This document shows positions 8,735 through 18,481 of a stretch of DNA of 64,000 nucleotides, piece after piece (positions within the stretch are counted from its first letter, which is position 1; the number at the start of each line of letters is the position of its first letter). This DNA is from Anaerolineae bacterium (lineage in GTDB: Bacteria; Chloroflexota; Anaerolineae; JAAEKA01). Made by a program: the position numbers and the translations under genes. The notes beneath the pieces were generated by a model. It was not told the origin of the DNA, did not search any database, and worked only from the letters and a program-made list of their open reading frames with translations. The stretch covers positions 64,278 to 128,277 of the forward strand of contig JBAQWV010000041.1 in the NCBI GenBank assembly GCA_049299095.1. Reading direction: 5' to 3'.

Positions 8735-11700
8735 TCACTGCTTGCGGCGCACGGCATACGCTGCGCCGAGAGCAAAGGTGACCACGGTCGGCAGGGCCGC
8801 CAGCGGCAAGCCAGCCGGCAGGCTCTGCGCCGGAACCGCCTGGATGCCCGCCAGCGTCACCGCAGTCGGCGGCGCAGTCGTGCACTTCAGGTGCGGTTCA
8901 TCAATCTGGGCATACCACCCCAGGCCATTGCCGCCCGGGTAGTAGTAGCGCCAGCGCAGCATCAGGTTGCTCATGCCCGCATACGCCCCCAGATCAATCG
9001 TCGGGAAGGTCCCAGGCGTGCTCTGGAACGCACCCTGGTCTGTCGTCCAGGTGTGCAGGTTCGACCATGTGCCGCCCGCATCGGTGGAGATGTCGAGGGT
9101 CAGGCGGTCAATCCCCGCAAAAGCCTGGAAGTTCAGCAGGAAGCTGATCGTGGCATCAGAGTAGCCCACCAGGTCGAAGACCGGCGTGCGCAACTCAGCA
9201 TCGAAGGGCTGCTCCACCAGCGTGCCAGGGCTCATGCAGGCGGCATTGCCCGTGCTGCCGGTGTAGTTGCCAGCCTGACCACAGGCGGCCAGGTCGCCCC
9301 AGGTCGGGCCACCCACCACGTTGTTGATCACGCTCCAGCCCACCGGCGGCACACCCGCCTCGAAGTTCTCCTGCGGGTAGAGGCACGAGAAGCCGACTTG
9401 GGCAGGTTCGCGCACCGTGAGAGAAACAGGTACGATAACCATCTCAGTTTCATTGGCCGGACCAGCATCTGGATCGTTGCTGGTAACGCACAGGTTGCCC
9501 GTGTACGTGCCGGCGGCCAGACCGGTGGCGTCAAAGCCGAGGGCCACATCGCTGCTCATGCCTGCAGCGGTATCGCCGCTGGTCGGCGCGACCGTCAGCC
9601 ACGGGATGTCCGACAGAACCGAACATTCCGGTGCAACGACATCCGCATCACCCGTGACGTTCATCACGATCTGCATATCCGGGAAGCCGATAGCCGCTGT
9701 GTCGGTTGGCTCGTCCACGCCACAGTCTGCCGCAGCCAGATAGCTGGGCGCAGTTTGACCGCCGTTATTCGAACCAATGAAGAAGAGGTTACCGGCCACG
9801 CTACCATCAGGCGTGAACACTTCGACTACCAACACCGAGCCAGCTGGTGCGCTGCCGGTAACGGGTACCGACAACAGTGTGCCTGACTGATCGGCGACGT
9901 TAACTGTGGCCGAGCCGATGGGGGTCAGGTTGGCAAAGACCAGCGCGCCTGCCGGGTTGGTCTTGGTGTAAAGGTTGACAGTGACGGGCTGATCGGTGCC
10001 GCCTGCGATGGCATCTTCTATACCGAACTCAACCGCTGTGACATCCAGGCCGTTGCTCAAGCCAAAGGAGGCAAGATCGAAGACGCGGATGTAACTGTTA
10101 TCGGTATGCGACGAACCGTCATTACATGACACGGAATTGGCAGCCGTGATAGCTTGAGAAGCAGAGTGCGTGATCGTCACCACGGCGTCCGGGGTGGATT
10201 GGCGCACCGGTGTGGTGGTCTGGCCTGCACTTGCGCCCGCAACGCGTGCGGTGCTAAGGGTGTTGTCGCCGATGGTGACGCGCTGCTTGGCGGCCTTGTC
10301 GGCTGCGTCCGTGCCGCCACTGTAAGCAGACGGCTTGGTGGGTAGAATCAGACCAGTGGAGGTCAGATTCTCTTCTTCGATCATCCAGGTCAGCGTCATT
10401 TCACCAGTATTGCTGATGGTTAGGCTGCTGGTGTCGGTGTCGCCAACTTCCAAAGCTGCGGATACTGCTTCGGGGCCAACCACAATGTTGGGCGGGGCAG
10501 CAGCACATTCCACAGCGACGTTGTCAACTTGGGCGTACCAGTCCCAATCGTCGGTGTTGGGATCGTAGTAGCGCCAACGCAACAATGCGCCTGTTGTACC
10601 GGCGTAAGCCGACAGGTCAACATTTACATCAACGCCTGGAGGAGCGGCGAATGTGCCATGATCTTCGTTCCAGCTCAACAGCGTGGTCCAGGTGGCGCCA
10701 GCGTCGGTGCTGATGTCAAGATCAAGGAAGTCCAGAGCTGCGTAGTTCTGGTAGTTGGCCGTGTAGTGTAACGTAACCGTGCCCGCGCCGGTCAGATCCA
10801 GCGGCGGAGAAACGAGCGATGTGTCGAACTCAGCAGTACCGAAAACATCACTGCTGACGCAGGCAGCTTCGCCGGAGCCGTTGGTGTAGTTATCTTCACC
10901 GCAGTCAGCCAGCATACTCCACTGCGGACCGTCCGGTTCGTTGGTCTGTACCGACCAGTTGGCTGGTGGCACACCTGTGTCAAAGCCTTCGGCTGGTGCG
11001 TTACACACCAAGCCTGCCAGCGCTTCGGTGACTTCCAACGTCAGTGGTATCATCTTCAACGGCGACGCGGCGTCGTTGCTTGAAATACACAATGTACCGT
11101 GGTAAGTCCCCATAGCCAAGCCTAAGGTGCTGAAGGTTACGTTGACATTGGAGGTGGCTAGCGGTGCAGTGCTACCCGATGTGGGGTTGACACTGGCCCA
11201 CGGAATGTCTTCCGGGCTAGAGCAGGTCGCGGTGGTAGCCATCAGGCTGATGTCGTCGTAGTAAACCACCGACGCGCCATTGGCATACAGGTCCACCGCA
11301 GCGATGCTGAGGGAACCGCCACCAGAAGCGCCATCGGTCCAGCTGCTGGTGTACAGCACCTGATTGTCATAGAAGAAAGTCTGAGTGTCATTATTCAGAT
11401 CGATCTCGACACGAATCTCCACCCAGCGCCCCTTGATCAGCGGCAACGACTGACCGCCGTTGTTGATCACCTGATTGGAGCTACTCTGGAACTTCACTTC
11501 GCTGGACCAGTTACCGCTACCGCCGCCGGAGGGGCTGTACTCGTTGAGCAGGATGAAGTAGGTCTCACCGCTGAAGTTGGTGGGGATATACTGCCAGGCT
11601 GTGTAGTTCCACACGCCGCTGGTATAGCCGCTGTACTGATGGACGAGATCGGAACTGCCCTGGATCGCGGCCGAATTCGGTGCGCTCTTGGCCTGTGCGC

Positions 11701-14296
11701 TGCTGGTGAGTGCACCGGCTGCGGCGCTGCCGCCCCAGCCTTCCCAGCCGCCCTGACCGATCAACTGACTGCCAATGGCGTAGCTATCGAAGTTCTCACT
11801 CCAGTCCACATTGGCGGCGCGGGCTGCATTGTCTTCGAAGATGTTCCAATTCAGATTCACGCCACCCGTGTTGCTGATGCTAAAGTTCTGGCTTGTGCTC
11901 GTGTCGGCTGGCTGTGTACTGCTCATGCTGGCAGCGCTGACCCCAATCACGGCCACCGGAGACGAAGGTTTGACGGCCACCGGCATGTGGGTAGCGGTAA
12001 CCAGCGCGCCGCGCTGCGCGGGCGGTGTCAGGTTGACTTGCGCAAAGGCCCACGTACCGAGCGGCAACCCGGCCACGTCGGCTGTGATGGTCAAAACCTG
12101 CGTGCCACCGGCAGCCAACGTGAAGTTGCTGGGGGTGACAGTCATGGTCATGCCGGTGGGAACCACCGTGGAGGCCGTCCACGAACCGGCAGCTGTTGCC
12201 TTTACTGTACGAGTCCAGGAACAGGTGCCACCGCAGGCATCGTTCGCCATGCTGGCCAAGTTCAGGGTTTTGGGATCACCACCAGAAGCGGGATTAGCCG
12301 CCAGGAATGCACCCGCAGGGACATCCAGCAGCAGCATTGCCGTTGCTGCCTGATCTACCTGAACGCGGCCGGCGCCCATGTCAAAGGGTGTCGCCGGGGT
12401 GACGCTGTCTTCTTTCAAGACGCCAGCAACCTTGGCCGTGCTCATCAGAGCGGATTTTACTTCAGCCGGGGTCCAGGTGGGGTGCAGGCCCTTCAACAGC
12501 GCGGCCGCGCCGGCTGTGTGCGGGCTGGACATGGACGTGCCGCTGACGATGGCATAGTTGCGGGTAGGACTGTCTTCGTCAGGAGCGACATCGCGATACG
12601 CCGCCAGAATGTCCACACCAGGGGCAGTTACGTCCGGTTTGATGACGTCCGCTGCGGTGTTGAGGATGGGGCCGCGCGAGCTGAAGCCGGCCATGATGTC
12701 GCCGTTGCTGGCAGAAAGGTCAATGTTCGCACCGGCAATCGTTCCCATGTGACCGGAGCCGCTGGCCAGCCAGGTCTTGAGGGTAGTCCCGTTGCTGGAA
12801 GCAAGTTGCACGGCAGGCAGCCAATGCACGTCACCATTCATGGATTGGCCGGGATCGGTGTTGACAAGCACCATACCCACTGCGCCACCTTGCAAGACAT
12901 TGTAGCCCTTGGCGACGCGCGCATTGGTGCCGCGATCGCAGACCACGATTTTGCCCGTAACGCTACCGGCTGCAAAGGGATTCAGACACAGAGCATCGCC
13001 CAGTGTGCCTGCATAGACCAGCGGAGCGGGGCCGGCACCAGCAGCGAAGCCCTTGCCAGCCATATTGGCCGGCGGCGTTGTGCTGCCGCCGCTCATGTTG
13101 ATCAAACCGTTGTTCGCCGCACGATTGTGCGTGCTGGCGCCCACACCCACGACCCAGGGCGCGTCCGCGGGGGAACCGAGGGTGGAAGCGCCGGGGCCAG
13201 AGTTGCCAGCGGAAGTCACAGGTACAACACCTGCATCCTGCGCAGCCAGGAAGGCCAGCGCGTCGGAATCGGTCCAGGGATCGGTGCTGCTACCGCCGAT
13301 GGAGTAGTTAATCACATCTACGCCGTTGGCAGTCGCCTGGTTGATGGAACTGATCAGAGCTGTGCTGGGGCAGCCACCGACATCCAGACAGGCTTTGTAG
13401 CCGATGATGTTGGCGTGAGGGGCAACGCCGGAGATCGCCGGACTGTATACGCCATAGGGATCGAGATCCACAGTGCCGGCAGGCAGATAGTTGCCGGCCG
13501 TGGTGCTGCCGGTGTGGCTGCCGTGACCGTCGCCATCCTGCGTGGTTTCACCGGTGAAGATGTAGAAACCGATGGTCTTGTCATTGCAGGGATAGCTGCC
13601 GGGGTTGGAAGCGCACAGGCCCAGATAAGTGCCTGCGCCCAGCGGATTGGTGTGGTTGTAGCCATCGCCGCCGATATCAGCGAACGAAGGATGCCCCAGG
13701 TTGAGGCCGGTGTCAATGATGCCGACCACGACACCTTCGCCCTTATAGGCGCTACCGGTGGCTGCGCCGCTCCAGATATTGCTGGCGCCGATCCACTGGG
13801 GACCGAAATCGGTCTGGGGATAGCGCATGAATTCGCGCTGAATGAACTTTACGCCGGGCACGGTCGCCACGACAGCCGCTTCTGCCGGTGTCATTTCGAT
13901 GGCGAAACCGTTGTAGGCCACATTCCACTGCGCCTTGGCTGCAACTGTGCGACCCAAAGCCTTGTTAATCGCGGCCAGGGCATTTGCCTGCTTGCCGTCC
14001 AGGTAGCTCATGTACGCCTGGCTGGCGGCGCTTTTCATGTTGAGCTTGCTTTCGCCAGTCACGCGCGGGCTGGTGGCGGCCATGCTTTCAACGCCGCCGT
14101 AGTAGCTGGCTAAGGGGGCATCTTTCAATTGAACGATGTAAACGGCCGAGCCGGTGGCATCAGATGGCTGGCTGATGCGCGCGGTCTGGGTGGTTGGGGG
14201 GGTTGCGGTGGCGCTGGGCGTCGCCGCGAGGGCCGGAGATGCGATCATGGACAACAGCATGATCAGGACAAGAAAAAAAGCAACTTTACCTTTCAT
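8735..14296 (-). CDS. giant secreted subtilisin-like serine protease (S8, PA-domain insert, tandem C-terminal beta-sandwich modules, C-terminal TM anchor)
   Basis: Signal peptide; S8 catalytic motifs GHGSHTGSTTAGN and GTSMSSPHTAGAAALL; two about 170-aa internal repeats (GVPPxxWSV...LDISTDAGxTW...LRWRYY); C-terminal hydrophobic stretch ending VRRKQ. 1853 aa. Confidence 0.85.
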   Translation of the reverse strand: MKGKVAFFLVLIMLLSMIASPALAATPSATATPPTTQTARISQPSDATGSAVYIVQLKDAPLASYYGGVESMAATSPRVTGESKLNMKSAASQAYMSYLDGKQANALAAINKALGRTVAAKAQWNVAYNGFAIEMTPAEAAVVATVPGVKFIQREFMRYPQTDFGPQWIGASNIWSGAATGSAYKGEGVVVGIIDTGLNLGHPSFADIGGDGYNHTNPLGAGTYLGLCASNPGSYPCNDKTIGFYIFTGETTQDGDGHGSHTGSTTAGNYLPAGTVDLDPYGVYSPAISGVAPHANIIGYKACLDVGGCPSTALISSINQATANGVDVINYSIGGSSTDPWTDSDALAFLAAQDAGVVPVTSAGNSGPGASTLGSPADAPWVVGVGASTHNRAANNGLINMSGGSTTPPANMAGKGFAAGAGPAPLVYAGTLGDALCLNPFAAGSVTGKIVVCDRGTNARVAKGYNVLQGGAVGMVLVNTDPGQSMNGDVHWLPAVQLASSNGTTLKTWLASGSGHMGTIAGANIDLSASNGDIMAGFSSRGPILNTAADVIKPDVTAPGVDILAAYRDVAPDEDSPTRNYAIVSGTSMSSPHTAGAAALLKGLHPTWTPAEVKSALMSTAKVAGVLKEDSVTPATPFDMGAGRVQVDQAATAMLLLDVPAGAFLAANPASGGDPKTLNLASMANDACGGTCSWTRTVKATAAGSWTASTVVPTGMTMTVTPSNFTLAAGGTQVLTITADVAGLPLGTWAFAQVNLTPPAQRGALVTATHMPVAVKPSSPVAVIGVSAASMSSTQPADTSTSQNFSISNTGGVNLNWNIFEDNAARAANVDWSENFDSYAIGSQLIGQGGWEGWGGSAAAGALTSSAQAKSAPNSAAIQGSSDLVHQYSGYTSGVWNYTAWQYIPTNFSGETYFILLNEYSPSGGGSGNWSSEVKFQSSSNQVINNGGQSLPLIKGRWVEIRVEIDLNNDTQTFFYDNQVLYTSSWTDGASGGGSLSIAAVDLYANGASVVYYDDISLMATTATCSSPEDIPWASVNPTSGSTAPLATSNVNVTFSTLGLAMGTYHGTLCISSNDAASPLKMIPLTLEVTEALAGLVCNAPAEGFDTGVPPANWSVQTNEPDGPQWSMLADCGEDNYTNGSGEAACVSSDVFGTAEFDTSLVSPPLDLTGAGTVTLHYTANYQNYAALDFLDLDISTDAGATWTTLLSWNEDHGTFAAPPGVDVNVDLSAYAGTTGALLRWRYYDPNTDDWDWYAQVDNVAVECAAAPPNIVVGPEAVSAALEVGDTDTSSLTISNTGEMTLTWMIEEENLTSTGLILPTKPSAYSGGTDAADKAAKQRVTIGDNTLSTARVAGASAGQTTTPVRQSTPDAVVTITHSASQAITAANSVSCNDGSSHTDNSYIRVFDLASFGLSNGLDVTAVEFGIEDAIAGGTDQPVTVNLYTKTNPAGALVFANLTPIGSATVNVADQSGTLLSVPVTGSAPAGSVLVVEVFTPDGSVAGNLFFIGSNNGGQTAPSYLAAADCGVDEPTDTAAIGFPDMQIVMNVTGDADVVAPECSVLSDIPWLTVAPTSGDTAAGMSSDVALGFDATGLAAGTYTGNLCVTSNDPDAGPANETEMVIVPVSLTVREPAQVGFSCLYPQENFEAGVPPVGWSVINNVVGGPTWGDLAACGQAGNYTGSTGNAACMSPGTLVEQPFDAELRTPVFDLVGYSDATISFLLNFQAFAGIDRLTLDISTDAGGTWSNLHTWTTDQGAFQSTPGTFPTIDLGAYAGMSNLMLRWRYYYPGGNGLGWYAQIDEPHLKCTTAPPTAVTLAGIQAVPAQSLPAGLPLAALPTVVTFALGAAYAVRRKQ

Positions 14297-14539
14297 AACA
14301 GCGATGTATCTCCTTCTGCAAAACGATAGGAATGCCCGATCAACAAGCTAATGGCTTGCACGGGTTGAGCTGCTACCGAGAGGACCACACATACGATGCA
14401 CTTACCGATATTCACCTCCTAAAACAACAAACAGATCTGACGGTTTAAATGACCGACGTGGAATGAAAACGCTACCCTGGAAGCCTGCACAGAAGCCCAA
14501 AACTTGTATTGACAAGACAAGCTGTGTACGAAATTCCCG

Positions 14540-14572
14540 CACGCTGAGTGGATGCAAGATCCACTCAGCGTG
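14540..14572. repeat. perfect 14-bp inverted repeat (CACGCTGAGTGGAT-5 nt-ATCCACTCAGCGTG)
   Basis: Read directly from the sequence; intergenic between the fadD end and the subtilase start. Confidence 0.6.
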
Positions 14573-14654
14573 ATACTGCGCTAGAGTCAGGTAGCTGACA
14601 CGAGAAGGATGGGCTGGAAGAATGGCGCAATTATAGTCCCCCTCTGCGGATACG

Positions 14655-16379
14655 TCAACCTTGGCGCGCCTTTTGCTTCTCTTCTTCCACGAGGACGCGG
14701 CGCAGGAACTTGCCAACCATGCTCTTGGGCAGTTCACTGCGAAATTCAATGGCGGTTGGCACCTTGTACGCGGCCAATTCCTGCTTGCAGAATTCGATCA
14801 GTTCCGCGGATTTGATCACTTCGCCGGTTTTGAGTACGACATACGCCTTGACTGTTTCACCGCGCACCGGATGCGGGATGCCCACTACCACCGCTTCCTG
14901 CACTTTGGGATGGCTGAACAGCACCTCTTCGACCTCGCGCGGCACGACGTTATAGCCACTGGCAATGATGATGTCCTTCTTGCGATCAACAATGTAGAAG
15001 TAGCCGTCGTCGTCCATTTTGGCAATATCGCCGGTGTACAGCCAGCCGTCAGCATCCTTGACGTTGGTCGTTTCTTCTGGTTTGTTCCAGTAGCCCATCA
15101 TCACCTGCGGGCCGCGCAGCGCCAGCTCGCCTTCCTTGCCGGGGGGCACATCCACCATGTTGCCGTTCGCGTCTGGTTCCAGCGATACCAGCCGCGCTTC
15201 CACATCGGGCAACGGAATGCCGATTGAGCCGGACTTGCGCAGGCCGTATACCGGGTTACAGTGCGTGACCGGAGCAGCCTCGGTCAGGCCATAGCCTTCG
15301 ACCAAACGCCCACCGGTGATCGCGCCGAACTGTTCCTGCACTTCCATCGGCAATGGCGCCGCGCCGCTGATGCAGGCTTTGACGCTTTTCAGGTCATACT
15401 TCGTCACTTCGGGGTGGTTGACAATGCCGATGTACATGGCCGGAACGCCGGGGAAGATCGAAGCCTTCTCGCGCTGAATCTGGTTCATCACGTTATCAAT
15501 CGGCCGCGGGTTCGGCACAACGATCAACTTGCCGCCGCAGGCCACGCTTAAAGCCATCGCCACCGTCATACCAAAGACATGAAAAAAGGGAATGGCCCCC
15601 ATAAATACTTCATGCCCCGGCTCCAGATCGGTCATCCAGGCTGAACACTGAATAACGTTGGCAACCAGGTTGTAATGGCTGAGCATGGCAGCCTTGGGCA
15701 CGCCCGTTGTGCCACCCGTGTACTGGAACAGCGCCAGATCGTCCGGTTTCACGTCCACCTGCGGCAGCTTGGCTGGCGTGTGACTGATGAGCGAAGCCAT
15801 GTGATAGACACCATTGCCTTCGGGCACATTCACCCACTGCCCTTCTTTTACCTGTGTACGCTGCACCAGCCGGTTAAAGGGGAAACGGATAAAGTCGTTG
15901 ATATGCGCAATAATAACCCGTTTGACCTGAGTTTTGGCTTGAATTTCCTGCAACTTGGGGTAAAAGCTGTTCAGCATCACCACCGTTTCCGCGCCAGAAT
16001 CGCTGAATTGGTGCTCCATCTCGCGCGGGGTGTAGATCGGATTGGTGTTGACGACAATCGCGCCCAGCCGCAGCACGGCATAAAAAACGACCAGCGTATG
16101 GGGGGAATTGGGCAATTGGACGGCAACGCGATCCCCCTGGCGTACCCCCAGCTTGTAGAGCGCCGTGGCAAAACGATCCACCTTGTCTTTGAGATCGTTG
16201 TAGTTGATTTCCGTGCCGATGATCAAGCCGGCTGGCAGGTAACGCAAGATCATCTTGACCGCTGACTGATTGCCGTAGCGTGCGGCGCTGTCTGCCAGCA
16301 TTTGATACAATGGAATGTTGGGATAAGACAGAGTCGCAGCGACGCCGTCTTCATAATGCTTCAGCCAGGGCTTGTTCAT
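14655..16379 (-). CDS. fadD: long-chain fatty-acid--CoA ligase (AMP-binding)
   Basis: MNKPWLKHYEDGV... AMP-binding motifs (YTGGTTGVPKAAMLSH, GYGLTE); the long ORF extends upstream but the FadD-like N-terminus starts at 16379. Confidence 0.85.
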   Translation of the reverse strand: MNKPWLKHYEDGVAATLSYPNIPLYQMLADSAARYGNQSAVKMILRYLPAGLIIGTEINYNDLKDKVDRFATALYKLGVRQGDRVAVQLPNSPHTLVVFYAVLRLGAIVVNTNPIYTPREMEHQFSDSGAETVVMLNSFYPKLQEIQAKTQVKRVIIAHINDFIRFPFNRLVQRTQVKEGQWVNVPEGNGVYHMASLISHTPAKLPQVDVKPDDLALFQYTGGTTGVPKAAMLSHYNLVANVIQCSAWMTDLEPGHEVFMGAIPFFHVFGMTVAMALSVACGGKLIVVPNPRPIDNVMNQIQREKASIFPGVPAMYIGIVNHPEVTKYDLKSVKACISGAAPLPMEVQEQFGAITGGRLVEGYGLTEAAPVTHCNPVYGLRKSGSIGIPLPDVEARLVSLEPDANGNMVDVPPGKEGELALRGPQVMMGYWNKPEETTNVKDADGWLYTGDIAKMDDDGYFYIVDRKKDIIIASGYNVVPREVEEVLFSHPKVQEAVVVGIPHPVRGETVKAYVVLKTGEVIKSAELIEFCKQELAAYKVPTAIEFRSELPKSMVGKFLRRVLVEEEKQKARQG

Positions 16380-16526
16380 AATGGGTACCTTTCTGTTGTA
16401 CATAGAAACTGTGCCAACCACCATGTTGGCAGTCTCCACCCGACAACCAACGCTCTCATTGTACATTATAACGCAACCCAGTCTTGTCGTCAACGCAAAA
16501 ACACGACGACTCGCACGCCAATTGGT

Positions 16527-16555
16527 TTGACAAGAGCTGCAAGTCCGTTTATAGT
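16527..16555 (+). promoter_or_regulatory. sigma70-like promoter (TTGACA-17 nt-TATAGT) upstream of the radical SAM gene
   Basis: Consensus -35, 17-nt spacer, near-consensus -10. Confidence 0.5.
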
Positions 16556-16610
16556 AAGCATATCAGTCACGACGCTCCGTCTGGCTGGCCTATGTTCAAG
16601 ACTTGAATGA

Positions 16611-17645
16611 ATGATTATGTCTACGATTAAACCTGTAAGAATTCGCCTGGAAGCCTCCTCCGCTTGCCAGCTCCGCTGCCCCTCCTGCCCCACAGCCCAA
16701 GGCATCATCGCAAAAAGCGCCGTCGGTACCGGTATCCTCAAATTCAGCGATTTCCAAACGCTGCTGGACGAGAACCCCGACGTGCGCGAGATCGGCTTGT
16801 CCAACTGGGGCGAGGTGATGCTCAACCCGCAACTGCTGGACATTCTAGCCTATGCCCACGCCAAAGGGGTCAAGATCAACCTCAGCAACGGCGTCAACCT
16901 GAACACAGCTTCCGATGAAGCACTCGAAGCATTGGTGAAGTACGGCGTAGAGGAAATCACCGTTTCCATTGACGGTGCAAGCCAGGCCACCTACGAGCAA
17001 TACCGCGTGCGCGGCCATTATGACACGGTGATCGGCAACATCCGCAAGATCAACACCTTCAAACAGCAGCACGGCAGCGCCACCCCGCGGCTGAACTGGC
17101 AATTCGTCATCTTCGGCCACAACGAACACGAAATCAACCAGGTCAAGGCGCTGTGCCAGGAATTGAACATGACCTTCCGTCCCAAATTAAACTGGGACGC
17201 GGAGTTTTCGCCTGTACGCAACCGCGAGCAAGTGTTACTGGACAGCGGCCTGTCAGCCACCAACCGCGAAGACGACTGGGAACAAACGCATCTCTTCCAG
17301 CAGTGCCTGCAACTGTGGAATGACCCGCAAGTCAATTGGGACGGCAAGGTGCTGGGCTGCTGCGTCAACTACTGGCAAGATTTCGGCGGCAACGTCTTCA
17401 CCGATGGCTTGAGTGCCGCGCTGAACAACGAAAAAATCAGCTACGCGCGTGCGATGCTGATGGGCAAAGTTCCCGACCGTGCCGATATTCCGTGCAGCAC
17501 TTGCACCAAATATCACCGCATGGCTGCAGAACAAGCCTGGGTAACGCAAAGCGAAATCCTGGCCGACAAAAAATGGCTGAACCGACTGCGCCGCATTCCA
17601 CTGGCCTACCGCGCCGCACGCTTCGTCATCAACCAAATCGGATAA
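16611..17645 (+). CDS. radical SAM protein with C-terminal Cys-rich (SPASM/twitch-like) region
   Basis: CQLRCPSC (Cx3Cx2C) near the N-terminus; additional Cys cluster (GCCVNYW...PCSTCTKY) near the C-terminus; 344 aa. Confidence 0.75.
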   Translation: MIMSTIKPVRIRLEASSACQLRCPSCPTAQGIIAKSAVGTGILKFSDFQTLLDENPDVREIGLSNWGEVMLNPQLLDILAYAHAKGVKINLSNGVNLNTASDEALEALVKYGVEEITVSIDGASQATYEQYRVRGHYDTVIGNIRKINTFKQQHGSATPRLNWQFVIFGHNEHEINQVKALCQELNMTFRPKLNWDAEFSPVRNREQVLLDSGLSATNREDDWEQTHLFQQCLQLWNDPQVNWDGKVLGCCVNYWQDFGGNVFTDGLSAALNNEKISYARAMLMGKVPDRADIPCSTCTKYHRMAAEQAWVTQSEILADKKWLNRLRRIPLAYRAARFVINQIG

Positions 17646-17690
17646 AAATACCGCCCTGTTATACCGTAGGTACAGGGCGGTATTTTTGGA
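17646..17690. terminator. bidirectional rho-independent terminator
   Basis: aaaaATACCGCCCTGTtataccgtaggtACAGGGCGGTATtttt between the convergent radical SAM and rhodanese genes. Confidence 0.7.
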
Positions 17691-17693
17691 ATG

Positions 17694-18320
17694 TTACTCC
17701 AGCGGAAAGCCAGCGTTTTGCCAGGCTTTCAAGCCACCCTGCAGGGCAGCCACATCAGTATAACCAGCATCAAGCAGTTCCTGCGCCGCACGGGCGCTCG
17801 TCTCTTCCGCCGGTCAGGTGCAGTAAAGCAGAATTTGGTTATCCTTGGGTAGCTCATTCATGCGCGCGGGCAGCTCAGCCAACGGGATAGAAATCGCACG
17901 AGCCGCATGACCAGCCTCATAATATTCTTTGTCACGCACGTCCACCAACACAGCGTCGCCTGACATCACAGCCACATGCGCTTCCTCCACAGCAATGCGC
18001 CGCACAGCCGGATAGGGCAGGTCAGCGGGAACCGCGGTCGCAGTGGCGCTCATAGGCACACTCGCAACCGGCGGTTGCGCATTACGCGATGAAAAAAAGG
18101 CTGCGGCCGCAGCCACCAGCAGCAACGCACCGATCACCAACAGCCACGCATTGCCACCAGGGCGGGTACGGGCGGGTAGCGTGGACGGGCGCGCCGTCAC
18201 AGGACCGGGAGCGCCGGTCACAACCGCGCCACACGTGGCACAGAAGCGCGCTTCTGGCCGCAACGCCGCGCCGCAATGGGCACAGAAACGCTGCGAAGGT
18301 AAAGATTTCGTTTCAGGCAT
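17694..18320 (-). CDS. membrane-anchored rhodanese-domain protein with N-terminal zinc ribbon and an in-frame TGA (17816-17814) in the active-site loop
   Basis: CxxC...CxxC zinc ribbon, one TM, then a rhodanese domain ...ILLYCT-TGA-PAEETSARAAQELLDAGYTDVAALQGGLKAWQNAGFPLE*. The same reading frame continues for 39 codons after the TGA and finishes the rhodanese fold, ending just before the terminator. Confidence 0.55.
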
Positions 18321-18481
18321 TGTTTCTCCTCATAACGGGACCTAATCCGGCATCCATCGCATGGATATAGTACATCGCACGTTCACACGCAAACTGCCAG
18401 CCACCGTCCAGCAACCCGGTTTATATACCCAAACTGCGTCGTAAAGCGACATTCCGGCAGCCGACCCTTCACAGTCACTGG

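Noticed and set aside
8663-9886. 407-aa plus-strand ORF
   Set aside because: Antisense to the 3' part of the subtilase gene and overlaps its terminator; Arg-rich junk translation.
11639-14113. 824-aa ORF on the plus strand
   Set aside because: Lies entirely antisense to the subtilase gene; Gly/Arg/Ala-rich low-complexity translation typical of an open antisense frame in high-GC DNA; no motifs.
14402-14749. 115-aa minus-strand ORF between fadD and the subtilase
   Set aside because: Overlaps the fadD 3' end in another frame and spans the palindrome; no RBS or motif; the region is better explained as non-coding promoter or terminator space.
15675-16265. 196-aa plus-strand ORF
   Set aside because: Antisense within fadD.
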